This document shows, in pieces, positions 9,890 through 18,221 of a stretch of DNA of 64,000 nt. The stretch spans positions 128,001-192,000 of the forward strand of contig JBFLWF010000001.1 in NCBI GenBank assembly GCA_040758355.1, given 5' to 3'. Position numbers and translations under genes: made by a program. The notes beneath the pieces are model-generated. The model had not been told where the DNA came from. It searched no databases and saw nothing but the letters and a program-made list of their open reading frames with translations. The stretch comes from Nitrospirota bacterium (GTDB lineage: Bacteria > Nitrospirota > Thermodesulfovibrionia > Thermodesulfovibrionales > Dissulfurispiraceae). Each line of letters begins with the position of its first letter. Position 1 is the stretch's first letter.

Positions 9890-10950
9890 TCTTCTTCCTC
9901 GCTGATAACAAGTCCTTTAAGCTTTGTTGCGATGGAGGCCATATCGATCTTTCCGGGGCATGTTATGGTGCATCTTCCGCACCCAACACACCCGAAACCG
10001 CCCAGCGTTTCAGGATAATGGATCAGCTTGTGATAATACCACCTCTTTGTCCTTTTAACCATTATTTCATTGGGCAGAATACCTCCGGCCATCCGTGTAA
10101 ATCCCTTGAACATGCATGTATCCCACAGCCTTATCCTTTCAGTTCCTTCAGGATATGCCCTGTCTGTAACAGTAAAGCAGGTACAAAGGGGGCAATCGTA
10201 TACACAACCCCCGCATTCAAAGCACCTGCCGGCAACCCACTGCCAGAAGTCGTCCTTTACCTTTCCTGAAAGGATCATCTCCCTTATGCCTTCCAGGTTT
10301 ATTCTTTTATGGAACCTTGCCTTTGAGCTGAGAAAGGCTTCGTACTGATCTTCATAATCTGCTCTTTTAGGTTTTCTGAAAAGAAATGACATGGAGTTTA
10401 TTGTTTTTGCGCCTTCAGGAGAGCCTATCTGCACAAAGTACCTGTCTCCGAGGTCTGTCATCTGTACGTCAAACCCCTTTTCTAAATAGGGGCCTGTCCC
10501 GAGTCCCATGCAGAAGCATGTGGGGTCAGGATCGTTGCATACAATGGATATGAAAAGGGTATTCCTTCTTCTTTCTGCATAATAAGGGTCTTTATGGCCT
10601 TCGAGATAGAATTTATCTAAGAGTGCGAGTGCAGAGATGTCGCATGACCTTACGCCGAATATGACCCGTTTTGTTCTATCTGTCAGATCAACTACTTCTT
10701 GACCTTTGTCCCTTGCCCCTTGACTCTGTTCTTTATATTCGAGCATTGGCTCGTATTGAGGGAAAAGGAATTCCTTTGGCGATGGCAGTGATGATGGACA
10801 GTCAAGAACAATCTCGTGTATCTTATCAACACCTTTAAAGACAATATCATTACCGCCATTCATCAAAGGCCCGATAAGCTCCCTGTTCTTCCTGAGCTGT
10901 CTGAGCCAATAGGAGAGGTTGTTTTTGTCAAGAATTAACTCATTCTTCAT
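9886..10950 (-). CDS. 4Fe-4S dicluster subunit, AsrA/HydB-like
   Basis: FGVRSCD, C..P.PTCFC, CFECGGCVYDCPLCTC and CVGCGRCTITCP. Confidence 0.88.
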   Translation of the reverse strand: MKNELILDKNNLSYWLRQLRKNRELIGPLMNGGNDIVFKGVDKIHEIVLDCPSSLPSPKEFLFPQYEPMLEYKEQSQGARDKGQEVVDLTDRTKRVIFGVRSCDISALALLDKFYLEGHKDPYYAERRRNTLFISIVCNDPDPTCFCMGLGTGPYLEKGFDVQMTDLGDRYFVQIGSPEGAKTINSMSFLFRKPKRADYEDQYEAFLSSKARFHKRINLEGIREMILSGKVKDDFWQWVAGRCFECGGCVYDCPLCTCFTVTDRAYPEGTERIRLWDTCMFKGFTRMAGGILPNEIMVKRTKRWYYHKLIHYPETLGGFGCVGCGRCTITCPGKIDMASIATKLKGLVISEEEE

Positions 10951-13037
10951 GTAATCCTCAGAGCCTCCAAATCAACTGAAGGAATTCTTCTGACCTTCTT
11001 GGGTTTGGCGAGAGACTCAACCCTTACCGCGCAAACCTTATATTCAGGTATTTTTGCTCCGGGGTCTGTTGCAGGATTCGTGAGGATATTTGCTGCAGCC
11101 TCTCTGAAATGGAATGGTATAAAGACAATACCTTCTGGCGTTCTATTTGTAACATATGCCTTGAGCTCGATTTCGCCCCTCCTTGAACTCACCTTGACCA
11201 TAGACCTGTTCCTTATGCCCAGTCTTTCAGCATCCTCGGGATTTATCTCTACAAAGGATTCGGGTTCTTCCCTTTCAAGCACAGCAGTCCTTCCGCACAT
11301 GGTTGCAGTGTGATAACGGAAATAGATGCGTCCTGTTGTAAGCAGGAATGGATATTCACTGTCAGGAGGCTCATCAGGAGGAACAAAATCAACTGTGATA
11401 AATGTGCCGAGCCCCCTTGCAAACTTCTTTCTATGAAGATACTGTGTTCCTGAATGGTTTATGTCATGACACGGCCACTGCAGGCCGAATCCTTCCTGTA
11501 GTCTGTGATGTAATATCCCGCCGTAGGAGGGTGTGAGGAGGGCGATCTCTTCCATTATCTCGTAAGTCCCTCTGTAATTCATCTCATATCCCATTCTGTT
11601 TGAGAGTTCGCAGATAATCTCCCAATCGGGTTTTGATTCTCCTATTGGCTCGATGGCCTTTCTGAGAAGCTGAACCCTTCTCTCTGTGTTTGTGAATGTC
11701 CCGTCCTTTTCTGCATAGGATGACGCAGGGAGTATCACATCTGCATATTCCGATGTTTCATTAGGGAATATATCCTGAACAACCATGAATTCGAGCCTTT
11801 CCAATGCCTCCCTTAAGTGGTTAAGGTCAGGGTCTGAAACCAGAGGATTTTCTCCCATTATGTACATTGCCTTCAGGCTGCCGTCATATGCCTTTTCCAT
11901 CATGTCCATCAATGTGAGTCCGGGCCTTTCAGGGAGTTTTTTTCTCCATGCCATCTCGAACTTTTTTCTTGCCCTCGGGTCTGTTACTGTCTGGTAGCCT
12001 GAATAAACATTGGGCAGCCCGCCCATATCGCATGCGCCCTGGACATTGTTCTGCCCCCTCAAAGGATTGAGTCCAGACATGGGAAGTCCTATGTGTCCTG
12101 TGAGCATCACAAGATTGGCGCATGCCCTTACATTATCAACGCCTGTTATATGCTGTGTAATGCCCATGGCATAAAAGAGCATGGAGCGCTTTTCCATGGC
12201 ATAGATTCTTGCCACACGGCGTATATCGCCGGCCTTGACCCCTGTGATGCCTTCAACGACATCAGGAGAATAGCGCCTCAGAACCTCTTCGAATGTATCG
12301 AAGTTCTCCGTCCTTCTTTTCACAAAATCTATATCCACGAGGCCTTCGTTCACTATGGCATTCATTATTCCCATTAAAAGGGCTACATCTGTACCGCTTT
12401 TCTGCCTGAGATGTATGTGTGCAAACTCTGCTATCTTTGTCCTTCTCGGGTCTGCCACTATTAATGTGGCGCCTCTGTCAACAGCCTCAAGCATGTGCAT
12501 TCCTATCATAGGGTGCTGCTCTGTTGTATTTGAGCCTATTACAAAGAGGACCTTTGCATCCGCAATCTCGCTTATGGAATTTGTCATGGCGCCGGAACCG
12601 AATGCTGCTGCAAGTCCTCCCACAGTGGATGAATGGCAAAGCCTTGCACAGTGGTCTATATTGTTTGTTCCAAGAACTGCCCTTGCGAACTTCATCATAA
12701 GGTAGTTTTCTTCATTTGTGCATTTTGCCGAACTGAGGATGCCTATGGAGTCAGGGCCGTGTTTCCTTTTTATTTCATCAAGGCGTGCTGCTACGAGAGT
12801 TAATGCCTCATTCCATGTTGATCTTCTAAATTCCCCGTTCTGCCTTATCATCGGATATTTCAGCCTGTCAGGATGTGCAACAAACTCATGGGCGTTCCAG
12901 CCCTTTACGCACAGGCTTCCCCTGTTTACAGGATGGGATCTGCTTGGAGATACACCTACGATCTTTCCGTTTTCTACATGGAGATAGAGGCCGCATCCGC
13001 AGCCGCAATATGGACAGACTGTGGGAACCTTGTTCAT
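10947..13037 (-). CDS. fdhF: Formate dehydrogenase alpha subunit (Mo/W-bisPGD, Cys type, cytoplasmic)
   Basis: CPYCGCGC...C, DHCARLCH (Cys at the Sec position), LRGQNNVQG and IPEYKVCAV. No Tat signal. Confidence 0.92.
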   Translation of the reverse strand: MNKVPTVCPYCGCGCGLYLHVENGKIVGVSPSRSHPVNRGSLCVKGWNAHEFVAHPDRLKYPMIRQNGEFRRSTWNEALTLVAARLDEIKRKHGPDSIGILSSAKCTNEENYLMMKFARAVLGTNNIDHCARLCHSSTVGGLAAAFGSGAMTNSISEIADAKVLFVIGSNTTEQHPMIGMHMLEAVDRGATLIVADPRRTKIAEFAHIHLRQKSGTDVALLMGIMNAIVNEGLVDIDFVKRRTENFDTFEEVLRRYSPDVVEGITGVKAGDIRRVARIYAMEKRSMLFYAMGITQHITGVDNVRACANLVMLTGHIGLPMSGLNPLRGQNNVQGACDMGGLPNVYSGYQTVTDPRARKKFEMAWRKKLPERPGLTLMDMMEKAYDGSLKAMYIMGENPLVSDPDLNHLREALERLEFMVVQDIFPNETSEYADVILPASSYAEKDGTFTNTERRVQLLRKAIEPIGESKPDWEIICELSNRMGYEMNYRGTYEIMEEIALLTPSYGGILHHRLQEGFGLQWPCHDINHSGTQYLHRKKFARGLGTFITVDFVPPDEPPDSEYPFLLTTGRIYFRYHTATMCGRTAVLEREEPESFVEINPEDAERLGIRNRSMVKVSSRRGEIELKAYVTNRTPEGIVFIPFHFREAAANILTNPATDPGAKIPEYKVCAVRVESLAKPKKVRRIPSVDLEALRIT

Positions 13038-13123
13038 AATTTCTATTTTAACAAACTTTATGCCCTATATCTTCATCATAGCGACATGATCGCTTATTTT
13101 CCGAAAAGTCAAAACAGGAAAAT

Positions 13124-14002
13124 TTATAAATCTATTCTACATCCAACGGTCCCATATTCGAACTCATCAGGCATTTCTATGGATATCCTCTTTATTGCCT
13201 CAAAACCGGTACAGTGAATAGGAACAATCTTTTTTACATTAAGTCGTCTGAATTCGTTTATCGTTTTTTCAATCTTGGCTTCTCCAGGGCCTATCAGGTG
13301 AAAGCCGCCTATCACGCAATAGATGTCATCAATCCCGGTTATCTTTATAGCCTGCTCAATTGTATTAATTATCCCGGCATGACTGCAGCCTGCAATGATA
13401 ACAAGTCCTTTTTTGGTATTTATTATCACGCCCTGGTCATCGAGAACCCTATCGTTCAATGTTTCATCATCCCTTTTTATTCTGAACACATTTAATTCTT
13501 CCCATAAATGAATCCTCGGTATCTCTCCTGTAGTAATGACGCCCCTTGATAACTTAACCGGCTCTTTATGAAGTTCCAGAAATTGTCTCCGTGGGTCGAT
13601 TTGAGGGCTTGTCAATTCATAACTTACACCTTCCTTAGGAACGAGGTATCGCTGATAAAATGAGTCTGGATGAGCTATGACCTTTCCTTTGAGTTTAGGA
13701 AGCCCCCCTGTGTGGTCGTTATGTCCGTGAGATAAAAAGACAACATCGATGTCATCGAAAGTCAGGCCAATAAGGTTGAGATTGTGCTCCAGAGCAATCC
13801 CTGTAGCTCCTGTATCCACGAGTATCTTCTTGCCTTCAGTTTCTATCAATGCTGAAAACCCGTGTTCGGCAATGAAATTTGAGCTTGGCTTAGAAAGACG
13901 GTTTATCATTTTGCTCCCTGGAATTAACTCCATGATAGTGTTATCCACAAGGATGGTTATCACAGCTTCAACTGTTTCTAAAGCCTCTTTGATAGATTCC
14001 AT
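13124..14002 (-). CDS. Metallo-beta-lactamase-fold hydrolase (MptH/MJ0448-like subfamily)
   Basis: ITILVDN, EHGFS, SHGHNDHTGG, GCSHAG, GGFHL and HCTG. Confidence 0.85.
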   Translation of the reverse strand: MESIKEALETVEAVITILVDNTIMELIPGSKMINRLSKPSSNFIAEHGFSALIETEGKKILVDTGATGIALEHNLNLIGLTFDDIDVVFLSHGHNDHTGGLPKLKGKVIAHPDSFYQRYLVPKEGVSYELTSPQIDPRRQFLELHKEPVKLSRGVITTGEIPRIHLWEELNVFRIKRDDETLNDRVLDDQGVIINTKKGLVIIAGCSHAGIINTIEQAIKITGIDDIYCVIGGFHLIGPGEAKIEKTINEFRRLNVKKIVPIHCTGFEAIKRISIEMPDEFEYGTVGCRIDL

Positions 14003-14043
14003 TATATCCTCCTCGATATGTTAAAAGCAGCCAACGAATTTGT

Positions 14044-14808
14044 TTAGAAGATCTTAAATATGTCTCCTGTAAATTCTTCGTACATTATCCCTGATATTGG
14101 TATATTTTCAGGGATTAGTTTTGATTGCCTTATAACTTCAGCCTGTTTTTTTAAATTGGCCTCCGGGTCTTTAAAGTTCTTGATTAGACTCCTAATGTCT
14201 TTTTTCTCCATTTTTCCCTGTAATTTTTCATCAAGCTCATCCACTATCAGCCTCACATTTGCTTCTCTGATTCTGCAGTCTCTATGGCCTATAATAAATA
14301 TTTCCTCTGTGCCAAAGACCCTGGTAGAAAAAACTAAGGCCCTTAGTTCAGAATCGTCAATGAGAAGCCCTGCATTTCTTAGGATATATGCATTGTCCTT
14401 GTTTTGCTGCAGAATATTTTCAAGATTCAGTCTGCAGTCCATGCAGAGTATCATCGCTACTTTCTTAGATGCAGCATCTCTGAGGTTAAATTTTCTTTTC
14501 TCATCATGTGCGATCAACCCCAAGGGTTTTTTTGTCAAAAATCTCTGTCTTGCGTCATCCACATAAGAGGTGAGGCTGATTGCCCCCCATGTACAAGCCT
14601 CTTCACACTTCCCGCAGCCTATACATGCATCAGGATTTGACAGCCATGGTATAAAGACCCCTTTATTTTCGGTTTCCCACATCTCGAGACCATGTACAGG
14701 ACAGGCATTAACACAATCGGTACAACCTTCACATTGAGCTGGGATAACCCATGGTAAAGCCTTTTTCACGACTTTCTTTTCTTGTTCAACTCCGCTTTCG
14801 ATAATCAT
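14044..14808 (-). CDS. 2[4Fe-4S] ferredoxin fused to a beta-class carbonic anhydrase domain
   Basis: CEGCTDCVNACP and CIGCGKCEEAC, followed by the beta-CA zinc ligands CMDCR, RNAG and GHRDC. Confidence 0.82.
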   Translation of the reverse strand: MIIESGVEQEKKVVKKALPWVIPAQCEGCTDCVNACPVHGLEMWETENKGVFIPWLSNPDACIGCGKCEEACTWGAISLTSYVDDARQRFLTKKPLGLIAHDEKRKFNLRDAASKKVAMILCMDCRLNLENILQQNKDNAYILRNAGLLIDDSELRALVFSTRVFGTEEIFIIGHRDCRIREANVRLIVDELDEKLQGKMEKKDIRSLIKNFKDPEANLKKQAEVIRQSKLIPENIPISGIMYEEFTGDIFKIF

Positions 14809-14875
14809 CTTTCCCCCATTATTTTCTCAATTTATGTTTCTTCTCTCCCACTGAAGCAGAAAATCGTTTTTAGAA

Positions 14876-14898
14876 GCTGCGGCCCATTGGGCCGCAGC
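14876..14898. other. GC-rich intergenic palindrome
   Basis: GCTGCGGCCCA-T-TGGGCCGCAGC between the second split-barrel gene and the ferredoxin-CA gene; no clear U tract. Confidence 0.6.
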
Positions 14899-14928
14899 AA
14901 TGGAAACGCCGCCATTTTACCCGGATCT

Positions 14929-15342
14929 TCATCCTTTCGGAGGCGTTAAGTCCTTCCAATGACTCTGATCGAATTCCTCGACTTCTCCGTAAGGCATTAC
15001 ATCCAACCTTTTGCCAGCTTCGGGTCCTGGTTTTGTGCAATAAATTTCGTTTACCTCTACAGTGAGCTCCTTTCCATTTATTTTTGCAGTTCCCTTAAGT
15101 TGATAAGGCGCCCTTACACAGCCGAGACCTCCGGGGCCGATAGCCACTTGCGGATTCTCAGAAATATTGTCTTTGATATGATTTATTTGGGCATCGGTTA
15201 AAGGGAATTTTATGATGTTAATTCCTTCTACCTTAGCTGTTTCTACAACAATTGTTGTAGGAAACCCTTTCTTTGTTGCAGTCCCAATGTGTCCTCCAAA
15301 ATACTCTATCCAATTTTTCATTCTTGGTGTTAACTGTGACAT
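14929..15342 (-). CDS. Divergent PNPOx-like FMN-binding split-barrel protein
   Basis: IGTATKKGFP, NISENPQVAI, YQLKGTA and VEVNEIYCTKPGPEAGKRL. Confidence 0.65.
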   Translation of the reverse strand: MSQLTPRMKNWIEYFGGHIGTATKKGFPTTIVVETAKVEGINIIKFPLTDAQINHIKDNISENPQVAIGPGGLGCVRAPYQLKGTAKINGKELTVEVNEIYCTKPGPEAGKRLDVMPYGEVEEFDQSHWKDLTPPKG

Positions 15343-15353
15343 CCTCTCCTCCC

Positions 15354-15848
15354 TTATAATATTTTTTTGCCTGATTCATCAGGCTTATAGCTATAGACTT
15401 CTTCAACCTTCATTGCTATTACTCCCCTTTGCATACATACAGGCGGCCTAATATCTGGAGGAACTTCATCAGGCGGTTCCTTTTCAGCCCAGTTGCCCCA
15501 TTCGTCAATAACTTCTTTGGCGTTAAGCCCGTGAAATTCATAATCCGGAGGAAGTCCTGGTATAAGACAAGTAGTCGGCCCTCTAAATGCCCATGTCCTG
15601 TCTTTAACCGGATGAGCTACCGTGATGATTGCAATTGGATTTTCTTGAAGGTTTACCTTTGTCTTTTGTGCAAACATGTCTGCTATGAGAATATATCTGT
15701 CCTTAACAACAGTTATAAACCGCTCCCCGACAGTATTGCATTTTCCATCCGCATTACACGTTGTTAAGTGGACTACAACGCCTCCCTTACCGATAACCTT
15801 TAAGGCATCTTTCATTTCATCTGTCAATTTCATTTTACTCTCCCCCAT
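15354..15848 (-). CDS. PNPOx-like FMN-binding split-barrel protein
   Basis: LTTCNADGKCN, ILIADMFAQKTKVNLQENP and KVEEVYSYKP..GKKI. Confidence 0.75.
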   Translation of the reverse strand: MGESKMKLTDEMKDALKVIGKGGVVVHLTTCNADGKCNTVGERFITVVKDRYILIADMFAQKTKVNLQENPIAIITVAHPVKDRTWAFRGPTTCLIPGLPPDYEFHGLNAKEVIDEWGNWAEKEPPDEVPPDIRPPVCMQRGVIAMKVEEVYSYKPDESGKKIL

Positions 15849-15954
15849 TGTTTTAAAATTTCGCTCTCATCTCACCAGAAATTTAAACTTTTTACTTATC
15901 ATCTGATACCTATGTCATTCTCCTGCACCTCCTTCCTACCATTACATGATATAG

Positions 15955-15968
15955 CTTGATATAACAAG
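15955..15968. promoter_or_regulatory. Putative GntR/HutC operator
   Basis: Near-palindrome CTTGATATAACAAG upstream of the split-barrel genes; matches the site at 16804-16817. Confidence 0.6.
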
Positions 15969-15990
15969 TTTTAAAATAAAAAAATTATCC

Positions 15991-16803
15991 TTATTTGGTT
16001 ATGGGAAAATTGGAGACCCTCGTCTTAAATCTATAGAGGTCTCCCCGCATAACCGAAGCAATCCATCCACAAGGGGTATTATCTTTCTTATACGCTACCA
16101 GATCGACATAAAATGCCAGGCTGCCAGCAGGCACCTGAAGATACTTTGATTCATCGGACCGAACTGTTGTTACTTCGATGGTGACATCAGCGTATTCATT
16201 ACAGATGTGGCATTTTCCGGCCAAAACATCAAAGACAGCCTGACTCTCGATACTTGTTGGGTCTTCATAGACATGGGAATTGAGTATCTTGCAATCTGTA
16301 CAGACTATGAATTTTTTCTCAAGCACATAGGGCTTTTTATCAGCAAGAAAGAGCCGTTTTATACAAAATACATCTTCGTTTAGAGGCACCATGAGCTTCT
16401 CCGACACAAGTTTACTGGCCTTAATACGCCTAACGTCTAAAATCTTCACTTCGGGCTTCAATCCTCTTTCGGTCATATCTTCAAAAAAGTCGGGAATCTT
16501 TATCATGAGATCCAGCTTAGGCTCTGCTACAAAGGTTCCCTTACCCTTAATCGCATATAACAATCCATCCTGTGTCAGCTTTTTTAAGGCTTCCCTCACT
16601 GTAATTCTGCTTACTCCATACACTTTGCAAAGTTCTGTTTCAGAGGGCAGCATATCATGGGCTTGCAGCATCCTGTTCCTTATCTGACTGTAAATAATGT
16701 CAATTAATTGGTTATAGGCTGGAATTGGAGATCTTTTATTTACGGTAGCAGAAGCATCTCCTGGAACCGGGGGGAATTTATGCATTTTGTGAAATACCTC
16801 CAA
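15991..16803 (-). CDS. GntR-family (HutC/UTRA) transcriptional regulator
   Basis: LPSETELCKVYGVSRITVREAL...GKGTFV winged HTH plus a C-terminal UTRA domain. The start may be at a downstream Met. Confidence 0.92.
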   Translation of the reverse strand: MEVFHKMHKFPPVPGDASATVNKRSPIPAYNQLIDIIYSQIRNRMLQAHDMLPSETELCKVYGVSRITVREALKKLTQDGLLYAIKGKGTFVAEPKLDLMIKIPDFFEDMTERGLKPEVKILDVRRIKASKLVSEKLMVPLNEDVFCIKRLFLADKKPYVLEKKFIVCTDCKILNSHVYEDPTSIESQAVFDVLAGKCHICNEYADVTIEVTTVRSDESKYLQVPAGSLAFYVDLVAYKKDNTPCGWIASVMRGDLYRFKTRVSNFPITK

Positions 16804-16817
16804 CTTGTTATGACATG
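16804..16817. promoter_or_regulatory. Putative GntR autoregulatory operator
   Basis: CTTGTTATGACATG, two mismatches from the palindrome CTTGTTATAACAAG, directly upstream of gntR. Confidence 0.55.
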
Positions 16818-16874
16818 ATATTACTACATGGTTTTATCTCTGTCAAGGAAAAAATTTCTTGCAAAATATATTTT

Positions 16875-18221
16875 TCATTCCCTTGCTATTCCCCATCTCT
16901 TCCTTTTTTCCCAGAGGGACTTTCTTGTAATTCCGAGCATGTCCGCAAGCTGCTGCTCGTTAAACTCGTCCTGGTGTTTCTGGATAAACGCCTTTGTGTA
17001 GTCCTCGATGGAGAGTTTATCGCCGAGGGCTGCATGTATAAATGACCCTTCTGTTTTTATGCCCTCCGGCAAATGCTCTGCCCTTATAACTCCGTCTTCT
17101 GCTATGAGGATTGCCCTTTCTATTATGTTCTGTAGTTCCCTGATATTGCCGGGCCAGTGGTATGCTTTGAGGATCTCCGATGCCTCGTTATCTATCTCAT
17201 TCACCGGTTTGCCCAGTTCCTTTGAATATTTATGTATGAAATATCTTACCAATAGTTCTATATCCTCTTTCCTCTCCCTCAAGGGAGGAAGCTTTATGGT
17301 AATCACGTTTATCCTGTAAAAGAGGTCTTCCCTGAAAGTCCCCTCGTTTATGGTATTTTCTATATCCTTGTTTGTAGCAGATATAAATCTCAGGTCAACC
17401 TTAATGCTCTGTGTCCCGCCCACCGGCCTTATCTCATGGTCTTCAAGCACCCTCAGGAGCTTTGATTGAAGGCCGATGCTCAAATCACCAATCTCATCGA
17501 GGAATACAGTGCCTCCGTTTGCTTCTTCAAAAAGCCCCTTCTTTGAAGTTATTGCGCCTGTAAAGGCGCCCCTTACATGGCCGAAGAGTTCTGACTCAAG
17601 GAGATTCTCAGGGATGGCGCTGCAGTTAATTGGTATAAAGGTCTTGTCTGCTCTGCTGCTGTTAAAGTGTATAGCCCTCGCAATGAGCTCCTTGCCCGTG
17701 CCTGTTTCTCCAAGTAAAAGCACATTGCTCCTTGCGTCTGCAATCTTCTTTACCTCGGTGATTATCTTCTGCATTGCTGAACTCTCGCCTATTATCCTGC
17801 TGAAGTCGTACTGCCTTTCTATCTGTTTTTTGAGGAGGACATTTTCTGCCTGAAGTGCCCTTTGTTTAAGGGCATTTTTTACAATCTGCTTTATCTCTTC
17901 ATGTATGATGGGCTTTACGACATAGTCGTAAGCGCCTGCCCTGAGGGCTTCAACAGCGGTCTCTAAAGAGGCGTATGCCGTAACTATTATTACGGTCTGG
18001 TCAGGAAACTTTTCCTTTATTCTTTTAAGGAGCTCTATGCCGTCGATTCCTGGCAGTATGATGTCTGTTATTATGATGTCATAAATGCCTTTATCGAGCA
18101 TTTCGAGGGCAGACTCTGCATTGTCAACAACTTCGGCCTCGTAGCCGTCCCTTAAAAATACCCTTCTCAGGGATGAACTCAGGGTCTCTTCATCTTCAAC
18201 TATGAGTATTCTCTCAGACAT
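16875..18221 (-). CDS. Sigma54-dependent response regulator (NtrC family)
   Basis: REC domain, [31 protein letters not shown] and a C-terminal HTH. Confidence 0.95.
   Translation of the reverse strand: MSERILIVEDEETLSSSLRRVFLRDGYEAEVVDNAESALEMLDKGIYDIIITDIILPGIDGIELLKRIKEKFPDQTVIIVTAYASLETAVEALRAGAYDYVVKPIIHEEIKQIVKNALKQRALQAENVLLKKQIERQYDFSRIIGESSAMQKIITEVKKIADARSNVLLLGETGTGKELIARAIHFNSSRADKTFIPINCSAIPENLLESELFGHVRGAFTGAITSKKGLFEEANGGTVFLDEIGDLSIGLQSKLLRVLEDHEIRPVGGTQSIKVDLRFISATNKDIENTINEGTFREDLFYRINVITIKLPPLRERKEDIELLVRYFIHKYSKELGKPVNEIDNEASEILKAYHWPGNIRELQNIIERAILIAEDGVIRAEHLPEGIKTEGSFIHAALGDKLSIEDYTKAFIQKHQDEFNEQQLADMLGITRKSLWEKRKRWGIARE

Noticed and set aside
10947..13037. Selenocysteine recoding in fdhF
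   Set aside because: The active-site residue is an ordinary Cys codon and the ORF is uninterrupted.
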